A stretch of DNA of 61,131 nucleotides from Deltaproteobacteria bacterium (GTDB taxonomy: Bacteria; Desulfobacterota; Desulfomonilia; UBA1062), in contig JALNWY010000002.1 in NCBI GenBank assembly GCA_023230665.1, positions 1 to 61,131 of the forward strand, written 5' to 3'. The notes beneath the pieces are model-generated. The model was not told the DNA's origin, did no database searches, and saw only the letters and a list, made by a program, of their open reading frames with translations. Shown piece by piece: positions 36,712-45,132 of the stretch. How positions within the stretch are numbered: position 1 is the first letter of the stretch; each line of letters opens with the position of its first letter. Both the position numbers and the translations under genes were made by a program.

Positions 36712-37992
36712 ATGCAGGGTATATGGTATCTGAATGAACATTCCCTGTTCCTGAGGTTCGGCGTCGCGCTGCTCATTGGCATTCTCGTGGGCATGCAGCG
36801 GGAGTACTCCTTCGGTGAGCCGGAAAAGGAGCACGCTGCGGGGGTGCGCACCTTCGCGCTCATGGGGCTCATCGGCTGTGCATCGGCACTCGCATCTGAC
36901 TTTCTCAGCTCTCCGTGGCCCTTGGTGGCCGTAATCCTCGTCCTCGGCTGGTTCTTTGCCGTCACGTACTTTGTAGACGCATGGAAGGGACAGGCAGGCC
37001 TCACCACAGAGGTCTCGGCCCTGATAACCTTCCTGATCGGAGCACTGGTCTACTGGGGCAAGATCAAGCTCGGCGTCGCCCTGGGGGTCACCACCACGGT
37101 TCTGCTCTCAGTCAAGCCCGAGATGCACCGGTTCGTTCAGCGCATCACCCGGGACGACCTCTATGCGGCGCTGAAATTCGCGGTGATCACCGCCATCGTG
37201 CTTCCCGTTCTGCCGAACAGAAATTTCGGCCCCCCGCCTTTCGACGTCTTCAACCCCTTTGTTATCTGGCTCCTGGTGGTCTTTATCTCGGGCATCAACT
37301 TCGTGGGGTATATCCTCATCCAGATACTGGGCGCACAGAAAGGAATGGGACTGACCGGGTTTCTTGGAGGCATTGCATCCAGCACGGCCGTCACGCTGGG
37401 CATATCACAGCAGAGCAGGCGGGAACAAGGCCTTGCCCGCCCGTTTGCCATGGCCCTGCTCATCGCCTGGACCGTGATGTTCGCCCGGATCATCGTCATC
37501 GTGGCGGTGCTGAACCGGGACCTTGCCGTCCTGCTTCGGGGCCCGCTGATCATTCCGGTTTTTGTGGGCGCTGCATACGCGTTTTTTCTCTTTGCCCTGC
37601 ACAGGAGCGAGCACACTCCGGAAATGAAGATCAAAAACCCGTTCGAGCTCTGGCCCGCCATCACCTTCGGGGCCATGTTCACCCTGATCCTCTTCGCTGC
37701 CCAGGCGGCACAGATCTACTTCGGCAACAGCGGCATCTATCTCACCAGCTTTGTCACCGGTCTTGCGAATGCCGACGCCATAACGCTCTCCCTGGCGGAA
37801 CTGAGCCACTCGGCATCCGGAGGGATCGCACCCGCAACAGCCGCCACGGCGGTCGTGTTCGCGACACTGGCCAACACCCTGCTCAAGGGTGTGTTCGTCT
37901 TCGTCATCGGTTCGCCCGAGCTCAAGCGCACGATCCTGCCCGGATTTCTCTTTCTCGCGGGTTCGGTGGTCATTGCGGTGTTTCTCACCTGA
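36712..37992 (+). CDS. MgtC/SapB-family membrane protein with a DUF4010-type C-terminal region
   Basis: 426 aa and polytopic. The N-terminus FGVALLIGILVGMQRE is MgtC-like. Confidence 0.82.
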   Translation: MQGIWYLNEHSLFLRFGVALLIGILVGMQREYSFGEPEKEHAAGVRTFALMGLIGCASALASDFLSSPWPLVAVILVLGWFFAVTYFVDAWKGQAGLTTEVSALITFLIGALVYWGKIKLGVALGVTTTVLLSVKPEMHRFVQRITRDDLYAALKFAVITAIVLPVLPNRNFGPPPFDVFNPFVIWLLVVFISGINFVGYILIQILGAQKGMGLTGFLGGIASSTAVTLGISQQSRREQGLARPFAMALLIAWTVMFARIIVIVAVLNRDLAVLLRGPLIIPVFVGAAYAFFLFALHRSEHTPEMKIKNPFELWPAITFGAMFTLILFAAQAAQIYFGNSGIYLTSFVTGLANADAITLSLAELSHSASGGIAPATAATAVVFATLANTLLKGVFVFVIGSPELKRTILPGFLFLAGSVVIAVFLT

Positions 37993-38173
37993 CAGCAAAG
38001 AACAGGCGACACCCTTCTTTGCTGCCAGGGCTGTCCGCCCCGCCTCTTTTCGGCTGTGCCGTAAAAAAAGCAGGCCTGATTGAAAATCATTGTTCGATCC
38101 GGTATCATACGGCCCGGCGCATATTTTTTCATGTATATACGTGCGCATCGCCGGCAAGGGAGAGGAGGAGGTC

Positions 38174-39736
38174 ATGAAGATAAGCAGTGTCAGTCAGATG
38201 CGGGCAATGGACAGATCGGCGGTTACGACCTATGGAATCGCCGAGGCACTCCTGATGGAAAACGCCGGACTGGCAGCGTGTACTGTGCTGGAAAGGGAAC
38301 TCGGGATCCGGGGAAAGACCTTCCTCGTCTTCTGCGGCGGGGGCAACAACGGGGGAGACGGATTCGTGGCGGCAAGGAAGATCCACTCGATGGGCGGATC
38401 TCCGCTGGTGTTCATCCTGAGCGATCCAGGCACGTACCGGGGCCCGGCAAAGGCCAACCTGGATATCCTCTCAAGGTTGCCTGTTACGGTCGCCAAGCTC
38501 GATCCTTCGCAGGTCCCCCTCGATGCACTTACCCGGTGTGACGGGATTGTCGACGCCATGCTCGGCACCGGCATCGACCGGGAGGTGAGCGGCCTCTGCG
38601 CAGCGGTCATCGAGGCGATCAACAAAAGCGGCAAGCCCGTGCTCAGCCTCGACATTCCGTCCGGGGTCAACGGTGATACCGGCAGAATCATGGGCTGTGC
38701 AGTAGCTGCGGATTTTACCGTGACCTTCGGGCTGCCCAAGATCGGAAACCTGCTCATGCCGGGCTACGCCCTGTGCGGCCGGCTATACGTCAGTCACATC
38801 TCGTTTCCGCCCGAGCTCTACGAGGCCGAATCCATCCAGATAGCAGTCAACGATCCTCCGGACCTTCCCCTGCGGAATCCTGCGGGATACAAGGGCAGCT
38901 TCGGAAAGGCGCTCTTCATTGCAGGTGCGGCAGGCTACTACGGAGCGCCCTACCTCTGTGCAATGTCCTTTCTCAGGGCCGGAGGAGGCTACTCCTGTCT
39001 GGCGTGCCCCGAGAGCATGGTTCCCTTCATCGCGTCAAAGGGATGCGAAATCGTGTTCTTCCCTCAGAAGCAGACCACGGACGGGAGCATTTCGTACGAG
39101 AACAAGGGAAACCTGATCGCGCTTTCTCAGGACATGGACGTCGTAATCATCGGGCCCGGCCTTTCCCTGAACCAGGAGACCGCACGGCTCGTCCGGGACC
39201 TGGCCGCGGCGATCGACAAGCCCGTGATCATCGATGCCGACGGCATTACGGCCCTGAGCAGGGATATCAACATTCTGAAACGCAGCGCCCCTACCGTGCT
39301 CACGCCCCATCTGGGTGAGATGGCAAGGATCACCGGCCTGGACACGGCCCGGATCGATGCGGACAAGACAGGGGTGCTGACGAAGACGTGCAGGGACCTC
39401 GGCTCCATCATCGTCCTCAAGGGCGCAAATTCCCTCATCGGGTATCCTGACGGCCGCGTGCTTGTCAACGTGAGCGGTAACTGCGGGATGGCGACCGCGG
39501 GCTCGGGTGACGTGCTCACCGGCACCATCGCAGCCATGATGGGCCTGGGGCTCGATGTCGAGTCCGCCGCAGCCAAGGGCGTGTTCATCCATGGGGCTGC
39601 AGGAGACATCACGGCAGCAGACTCGGGCCAGGACGGGATGACCGCGCAGGACATCCTAAAGCACCTGCCCAAGGCGCTTCTGATGGACCGTCAAGGCAGT
39701 CTCCGTGACCTCTATCCCGGGATCGGCCTGGTGTAG
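38174..39736 (+). CDS. nnr: Bifunctional NAD(P)H-hydrate repair enzyme (epimerase / ADP-dependent dehydratase)
   Basis: YjeF_N domain: FCGGGNNGGDGFV. Carbohydrate-kinase domain: GPGL, TPHLGE and GSGDVLTG. ATG at 38174 behind GGAGGAGG. Confidence 0.93.
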   Translation: MKISSVSQMRAMDRSAVTTYGIAEALLMENAGLAACTVLERELGIRGKTFLVFCGGGNNGGDGFVAARKIHSMGGSPLVFILSDPGTYRGPAKANLDILSRLPVTVAKLDPSQVPLDALTRCDGIVDAMLGTGIDREVSGLCAAVIEAINKSGKPVLSLDIPSGVNGDTGRIMGCAVAADFTVTFGLPKIGNLLMPGYALCGRLYVSHISFPPELYEAESIQIAVNDPPDLPLRNPAGYKGSFGKALFIAGAAGYYGAPYLCAMSFLRAGGGYSCLACPESMVPFIASKGCEIVFFPQKQTTDGSISYENKGNLIALSQDMDVVIIGPGLSLNQETARLVRDLAAAIDKPVIIDADGITALSRDINILKRSAPTVLTPHLGEMARITGLDTARIDADKTGVLTKTCRDLGSIIVLKGANSLIGYPDGRVLVNVSGNCGMATAGSGDVLTGTIAAMMGLGLDVESAAAKGVFIHGAAGDITAADSGQDGMTAQDILKHLPKALLMDRQGSLRDLYPGIGLV

Positions 39737-39881
39737 TGGTATAGGCAAAAGGGTCCTGGAAAAAGAACGGTAATGATTCAGTCTTGAGGAATATGCCATA
39801 ATTGCAACGAGATTAAATTCCGCAGGTTATAAACTCATCTCGCTGGGAATTCCCCTGAAACCGAGCCATTAAAAAGAACGC

Positions 39882-39911
39882 TTGCATCCTCGTATCAAGG
39901 ATTGATAAAAT
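39882..39911 (+). promoter_or_regulatory. Candidate sigma70 promoter
   Basis: TTGCAT, an 18-nt spacer, then TAAAAT, ending 10 nt before the ATG of the methyltransferase gene. Confidence 0.35.
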
Positions 39912-39920
39912 ACGATCATC

Positions 39921-40670
39921 ATGATGTTACGTGATCTTATCCAGAAACAGGGAGAGGTTCTCTTCAGATACCGGGGCTACGTGCCTCTCTTGCTGGCGCC
40001 TGCTGTGCTGTTCGCCCTGCAGGATTCTGAGTGGATAGAACATCGGTTCGGAGATTTCTTCGATGATGTCTACGACTGGTGCTGCCTTGGAATCAGCATG
40101 GCGGGGGTCGCACTCAGAACAGCGTCCGTTGGCTACGTCCCCCGGCGGACATCCGGCCGAAACACGAAAAAGGGCCAGGTAGCGGACGAGCTGAACATGA
40201 CAGGAATGTACTCGATCGTTCGCCACCCGCTCTATCTCGCCAACATGATCATCATGATCGGATTTCTGCTCGCCACCGGGAGCATATGGCTGACGGCAGT
40301 TTGCCTGCTGGCCTGTTGCTTACATTACGAGCGGGTCGCCTGCGCTGAAGAGTCTTTTCTGATGGAAAACTTCGGCGCGCGATACCAGGCGTGGGCAAAC
40401 AGGACCCCGGCGTTCCTCCCCAAGCCATCCCTCTGGGTACCTCCCGCCCGCGGGTTCTGCTGGCGGACCGCCCTGAAGCGGGAGTATCTGACCGTATTCG
40501 GGGTGATCGCCGCGTTCACCCTGCTGGACTATGCAGAGGATCTGCTGGCTCTGGGCCGCATCGAGTTTGAAACCGAGACAACGGTCCTTTTTGTCTGCAG
40601 CTTGTGCGCGTTTCTGCTGATCCGGTATCTGCGCAAGAAAACCCGGCTGCTCCACATTGACGGACGATGA
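39921..40670 (+). CDS. Isoprenylcysteine carboxyl / phospholipid methyltransferase-family membrane protein
   Basis: GMYSIVRHPLYLANMII ... EE.FL...FG..Y..W..RTPAF. Confidence 0.8.
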   Translation: MMLRDLIQKQGEVLFRYRGYVPLLLAPAVLFALQDSEWIEHRFGDFFDDVYDWCCLGISMAGVALRTASVGYVPRRTSGRNTKKGQVADELNMTGMYSIVRHPLYLANMIIMIGFLLATGSIWLTAVCLLACCLHYERVACAEESFLMENFGARYQAWANRTPAFLPKPSLWVPPARGFCWRTALKREYLTVFGVIAAFTLLDYAEDLLALGRIEFETETTVLFVCSLCAFLLIRYLRKKTRLLHIDGR

Positions 40671-40884
40671 ACGCGCCCAACGGGGCAGCGGCAGGCTCAG
40701 TGGTGGAATCCCCGGAGAAACGACGGTCTGTTTTTTCTTGAGATCTGTGCACAAGGTTTGCTGCCGGGAAAACGTTTGACGATCATCGCTGCTGCGGTGA
40801 CGCATGCGCCGGGAAAACGTCGTGATCGCTCCGCCCACGAGAGCCGCTGTATAAATTGTGTCTCCTTTTTGATCATTTTTTCAT

Positions 40885-41070
40885 TTATTCTCTCATGGTA
40901 TGCCTCACTCCGGACGATAAGAGAGGTAACGAAAAACTCTCTTCATAACTGCCAAGATGCGTCATGCTTCTTGGTTTTTTTTTGCCCTCTCGCATGCTTT
41001 CATCAAGGCCTCCGATACCCAGGAGATCCTTGGCCCTGTTGAAAAAGAGCTCGACAGGGTTTTCGACCAT
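40885..41070 (-). CDS. Very doubtful small ORF in a low-GC spacer
   Basis: 61 aa from an internal ATG. There is no SD, it crosses an A9/T9 homopolymer, and no motif is recognised. Confidence 0.15.
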   Translation of the reverse strand: MVENPVELFFNRAKDLLGIGGLDESMREGKKKPRSMTHLGSYEESFSLPLLSSGVRHTMRE

Positions 41071-41119
41071 ATCATCCAGATCTGCAACTCGTACACCGAG
41101 AAACAGGACTCTTCCGGCG

Positions 41120-41734
41120 TCATGAGGCCATGAAGCGAAGCGCGTCACGCGCGAGCGCAACGGCAAAGAGCCACAGGAGGATACCCAGGGTCATCATACA
41201 CACGCGGTATACCCTCCCTTTCAGCAGATGGCGCGTTCTCCCGGCCAGGAGAGAGAGGCCCGCCTTGGAGCCGACGAGAAACACATAAAACCCTGCCAGG
41301 AACGATCCGGCCCCGAGCATGCCTTCGTGGAGCGCCCTGATCACCATGGGCGATCCCACTGTCATCCAGAAAAGGTATGGATGGGGATTGAGCAGATTGG
41401 CGATCACTCCCTTTCTCAGCGATCGTATGCATTCGCCTTGGCCGGCCTGTGCAGCCTTGCGGGAGACAAAGGTCTCGTATCCCAGATAGGCGACAAACCC
41501 GGCGCCGAGGAGCGAAATCCATCCCATGACCAGGGGAGATCCGGCCAGGCGTGCGATCACGAACAGCGAAAGGATCACGATGGGCAGGTCAGTGACCAGC
41601 GGAGCGAACGCGACCCGTATCCCCGCCCTGCTGCCGTGCTGCAGGGTCTCGGTCAGTACGAGCGTGAGCAGGGGCCCGGGCGCGAGCCCGGCGGAAAGAC
41701 CGAAAACAGCCCCTGATATCAGGTAAGCAGCCAT
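41120..41734 (-). CDS. LysE/RhtB family amino-acid exporter
   Basis: 204 aa. GPLLTLVLTETLQHG and NLLNPHPYLFW are typical. Confidence 0.9.
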   Translation of the reverse strand: MAAYLISGAVFGLSAGLAPGPLLTLVLTETLQHGSRAGIRVAFAPLVTDLPIVILSLFVIARLAGSPLVMGWISLLGAGFVAYLGYETFVSRKAAQAGQGECIRSLRKGVIANLLNPHPYLFWMTVGSPMVIRALHEGMLGAGSFLAGFYVFLVGSKAGLSLLAGRTRHLLKGRVYRVCMMTLGILLWLFAVALARDALRFMAS

Positions 41735-41979
41735 GGCCGATAGTCCCCTTTCTTTCCTTTATATTCACAAAGGCAGCCGGGAAACAAGCTCGGACATCCC
41801 GGCACGAAACCATGCAGCCGTCAGTGTTGCCTCAATGTCTCATCTCAGAACGTCTTTGCAAGGGAATATGAGAAATGTGAACCTGCCTTTGAATCGGGAT
41901 GAAGGGGAAGAATATGCTTGATAATGGAAGATTTCGATTTTAGAGTAACCACTATCAGCGTGTATCGAGAGGAGGTCCC

Positions 41980-42411
41980 ATGTTTCAGACAATACTCTAC
42001 CCTACGGATTTCTCGGATGTAGCCCAGAAGGCGCTCGGCTATATCGACCAGTTCAAGCCTGCAGGCACGAAAAAGGTTGTCATCGTCCACATCATTGACT
42101 CCCGGACCATGGACCTGCTCGTGTATGCCCCTACCAGCTACATGGCCATCGAGAAAGACCTGCGGGAGGAAGCACAGAGCAAGATCGAGCTTATAGGAAA
42201 ACACCTGGAGAAGAGCGGGTTCTCCGTAAGCGTGCGGGTCGAAGTCGGGATACCCTCGAACAAGATCCTTATGCTGGAAGAGGAAGAAAACGCCTCACTG
42301 ATCGTGCTGGGTTCCCACGGCAAGAGCAACCTCAAGGAGATGTTCCTCGGGTCGGTCTCCGAGAGCGTCATCCGGGCCGCCCGCAATCCGGTGCTCGTGG
42401 TGAAACGGTAA
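41980..42411 (+). CDS. Universal stress protein (UspA family)
   Basis: ILYPTDFS ... LIVLGSHGKSNLKEMFLGSVSESVIRAARNPVLVV. Confidence 0.92.
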   Translation: MFQTILYPTDFSDVAQKALGYIDQFKPAGTKKVVIVHIIDSRTMDLLVYAPTSYMAIEKDLREEAQSKIELIGKHLEKSGFSVSVRVEVGIPSNKILMLEEEENASLIVLGSHGKSNLKEMFLGSVSESVIRAARNPVLVVKR

Positions 42412-42479
42412 GGTATCTCCCAAGCCGGGGCCGGGACGATCAATGGCATGAACTTGAAAAAAGAGGATCAAAGGCCTTT

Positions 42480-43949
42480 TTAGTCCCGGGGGTCCACGAA
42501 CCTGCCGAGAAAGAGGAACAGGCCGGTCTTGTTTTCCCGGATCACGAACACGAAAGGACGGTCCGCGACAAAGGCCGCTACGGCCCCGGACCCCTTGGCC
42601 ATGACAGCACCGGACCCAGACGCCGCCTCGACTCCCTCTTCCCGAACCTCAAGGAATGCCTTGTGAACCACTGCGGTGAGAACAAGGTTTTTTTGCGACG
42701 TGATTCCGGAGAAGTCCGCTTCCTGCGTAAAAGCCGTTCTCATCCCCAAGAGGCCCAGCGTATCGGCAAGCTCGCGCCCGTCTTTAACGACAAACCGGGG
42801 AAGTGAGAGCTTCGCCCTGATTTGGGGTGATCCTGCGAGCCGGTCCAGTAACCTTGCCAGCCCCTCGTGCGTCATGCCTTCCTCAATGGCGGCCAGGTCC
42901 GTGCCCTCGCGGGGAAGTAGGATTATCAGGGAAAACGTGCCCGCATCAAAGGGTATTCCGATCGTGTCCCCCTCCTCTAAAGCCAGTGCCCTGACATCCG
43001 CCTTCCCATGCATGAAAGGCGTCTGTACCGTTTCGCCCCGGTTCGTGCGAAACGCCCTGTTGCGGGTGTCCTCCGGGTCGAACGGCTCAAGCCATTTGCC
43101 GGAAAACCGTATCACATCGGTCACCACCAGCTCTGTACTTGCATGAACCATGCCTTCATCCAGAAGCGCGGTGATCGTTCCCTGGGTCCGCTCGACTGCC
43201 CAGGCATTGATTCTTTCCAGGGCCTGCCCAGGACCTGTGGAAAAATCCACCACGAACGCGTCTGCTCCATGATAGTGCTGCAAAAGATCCAGATACTCTC
43301 TGCGATATTCGTTCCCCTCCTGCACCCACAGGGCGCGGGCGGTCTCGGGCGAGCCAGCTGCATCGTGATGGACGAGTTCGGGCCCGGGCAGGGGAACTGG
43401 GCCATGAAGACCGCCCTCACGCCGGTGGAGGCGGAGGACCGATGCCATCTCCCTCCTGGTCTGTCCACCTGCCCCGGCACAGAGCATGGTAAGCGCGGTT
43501 GAAATGCTCGAAGGAGAAAAAAGGAGGTTTCCCTTGCGCACCTTCAGGCAGGCGTAGAGATCAAGACCGAAAAGATTGCTGCTCTCTGCCTCACTGCTTG
43601 CCCCTCCTTGGTGGGCCTGCCTGTTGCCCGATCCGTTGCACAGTGAGGTGCAGGACATCCCGGGCTGCTGAAAAGCGTCTGCGGCCCCGTCCGGGACGAG
43701 TCCGGGGCCGCAGGCCTGCTCCATGGTTCCGGTTGTATCTCCGCAGCCCCACATCACATCGGAGAATATCAGATAATCGGCCGCGCCCCTGAACTCATAG
43801 GCCACCTCGAACATGCCCATGAGACAGGTGTCGAGATTGATGACATCGAAGACCACACCGCTTTCCCGCACCGCCCTGGCCAGATCAGCGAGCGAGGTCA
43901 TGGCGTGGCTGCCTGCCGAGGTAGTGTCGATGAACATTCCCTTGGCCAT
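42480..43949 (-). CDS. Serpin (residues ~125-489) carrying an in-frame N-terminal fragment of a clostripain-like C11 peptidase
   Basis: Serpin blocks: LLFSPSSISTALTMLCAGAGG, FSLIILLP, the hinge EVREEGVEAASGSG and FVADRPFVFVIRE. The N-terminus VVFDVINLDTCLMGMFEVAYEFRGAADYLIFSD matches the C11 Cys block. The true start is uncertain because the first ATG has no SD. Confidence 0.8.
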   Translation of the reverse strand: MAKGMFIDTTSAGSHAMTSLADLARAVRESGVVFDVINLDTCLMGMFEVAYEFRGAADYLIFSDVMWGCGDTTGTMEQACGPGLVPDGAADAFQQPGMSCTSLCNGSGNRQAHQGGASSEAESSNLFGLDLYACLKVRKGNLLFSPSSISTALTMLCAGAGGQTRREMASVLRLHRREGGLHGPVPLPGPELVHHDAAGSPETARALWVQEGNEYRREYLDLLQHYHGADAFVVDFSTGPGQALERINAWAVERTQGTITALLDEGMVHASTELVVTDVIRFSGKWLEPFDPEDTRNRAFRTNRGETVQTPFMHGKADVRALALEEGDTIGIPFDAGTFSLIILLPREGTDLAAIEEGMTHEGLARLLDRLAGSPQIRAKLSLPRFVVKDGRELADTLGLLGMRTAFTQEADFSGITSQKNLVLTAVVHKAFLEVREEGVEAASGSGAVMAKGSGAVAAFVADRPFVFVIRENKTGLFLFLGRFVDPRD

Positions 43950-44039
43950 GGCCGGAGAGGTCTGATAGTCCTTTCCCGCCTGAGTATCTCACCTGTGCGT
44001 CCTTATCAGAGAATCATCAGCATCCGCTTGGAGTAGAAC

Positions 44040-44256
44040 GTTCTGCCACGCCCTGTAAGGTACAGAGTAGTCCGCTTCCGGACCGGCATCAAATCACGGA
44101 AGAAGAGAGGGCCGGCCCTGAAACCGGCCGGTCCCAACTCGATGTTGCGGCAACAACTCGTAAGGAAGGAGAGCAGTGAGCAGCCTAGACGGCTATACCC
44201 ATCCGGGACCGGCTTAGCCAGTCCCTTTAACCACACCCACAGGGTGTGGCTTTTTA
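44040..44256 (+). ncRNA. Candidate structured RNA ending at a plus-strand intrinsic terminator (5' end not defined)
   Basis: Consecutive hairpins at 44053-44065, 44075-44102, 44109-44135 and 44205-44225, then the terminator at 44231-44255. No credible ORF and no plus-strand gene follows. Confidence 0.3.
44231..44255 (+). terminator. Rho-independent terminator
   Basis: CCACACCC-ACA-GGGTGTGG followed by CTTTTT. On the minus strand the run is 5' of the hairpin, so the element is plus-oriented. Confidence 0.65.
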
Positions 44257-44313
44257 CTTCTCAGTAAATCCCGCCAGGGGCGGGAACTTGAGAAAACCTC
44301 AATTCTAGCAAGG

Positions 44314-45090
44314 CTATAACAGGATCAGCGCAATGAGGATGGTGGTCGCGCCTGCCAGGAAGGCGATATCGCTCTTCCTGGCATGGGGGCACTTCATCCG
44401 GGTCCGGGTGATACCCGGGGAGTAGCCCCTTAAGGTGAGCGCGACGGCGAGGTCGTCGGCGCGGCGGAACACGCTGTGCAGGAGCGGCACGATGACCGGC
44501 ACCAGAGAGCGTATCTTCCTGAAGACGCCGCCGGTCTCCATGTCAACGCCCCGGGCCTTCTGGGCCTTGATGATGCGGTCCGTCTCCTCGAACAGCAGGG
44601 GGATGAAGCGGATCGCCAGCATGATGAGCAGGGCGATCTCGTCCACGGGAACCTTGAGGTATTTCAAGGGCTTCATGTACCACTCCATGGCCCACACCAT
44701 GTCGAGCGGCGAGGTCGTCAGGGTCATGAGGGTGGAGATCCAGATAGCGAAAACCAGCTGGAAACCGGTGTAGGTCCCGTTCGACAAACCCTGCCAGGTG
44801 GCGTGGGGAATCCAGGGAATGGGGCTGCCGGGCGTCATGAACACGTGGAGCACCGCGGTCATGGCAAAGAGCCAGAGAAAGGGGCTTAAGCCCCTGAGGA
44901 GCCTCCGGAACGACAGGCCTGCGATCAGGGTGATAAAAGAGCACGCTGCGAAAAACAACACCAGCCCGGGAGGCGTGTCCATCTGGAATGCCGCACCGAT
45001 GCTGAAAGCCATGAGAAAGAGCTTCACCCGCGGGTCCAAGGCATGGACCGGGGAATCTCCGGGGATGTACTGCCCCAGGGTCATCTGCAT
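44314..45090 (-). CDS. ecfT: Energy-coupling-factor transporter transmembrane component (EcfT/CbiQ family)
   Basis: 258 aa: HALDPRVKL, FIPLLFEE...I..AQKARG. No ecfA or S-component gene lies adjacent. Confidence 0.85.
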   Translation of the reverse strand: MQMTLGQYIPGDSPVHALDPRVKLFLMAFSIGAAFQMDTPPGLVLFFAACSFITLIAGLSFRRLLRGLSPFLWLFAMTAVLHVFMTPGSPIPWIPHATWQGLSNGTYTGFQLVFAIWISTLMTLTTSPLDMVWAMEWYMKPLKYLKVPVDEIALLIMLAIRFIPLLFEETDRIIKAQKARGVDMETGGVFRKIRSLVPVIVPLLHSVFRRADDLAVALTLRGYSPGITRTRMKCPHARKSDIAFLAGATTILIALILL

Positions 45091-45132
45091 GGCTTGTCAG
45101 AAGGGTGTGCGGGTATCATGCTCCTCGGTCCC

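Noticed and set aside
36915-38177. 420-aa plus-strand ORF
   Set aside because: It is out of frame with the MgtC/DUF4010 membrane protein over the same DNA. Its composition is Arg/Pro/Gly-rich, whereas the other frame gives clean TM helices.
44006-44236. 76-aa minus-strand ORF
   Set aside because: It lies entirely in the hairpin-rich spacer, has no SD, and its peptide is Cys/Arg/Leu-rich with no C11 N-terminal similarity.
44161-44256. Resemblance to the 3' end of bacterial RNase P RNA (CAGUGAGC, CCUAGA, CCGGCUUA)
   Set aside because: The universally conserved ACAGAA tract reads CGGGAC here. No GAGGAAAGUCCGGGC (CR-I) element lies upstream on either strand, and the available length is too short without invading the serpin ORF.
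43950-44313. Cobalamin or c-di-GMP riboswitch on the minus strand, upstream of the serpin ORF
   Set aside because: AAAGGGA and ACGCACAGG strings are present. The B12 box, the GCCACUG element and the GEMM GCAAA / ACGCAAAGCC architecture are not, and the helices do not fall in the expected order.
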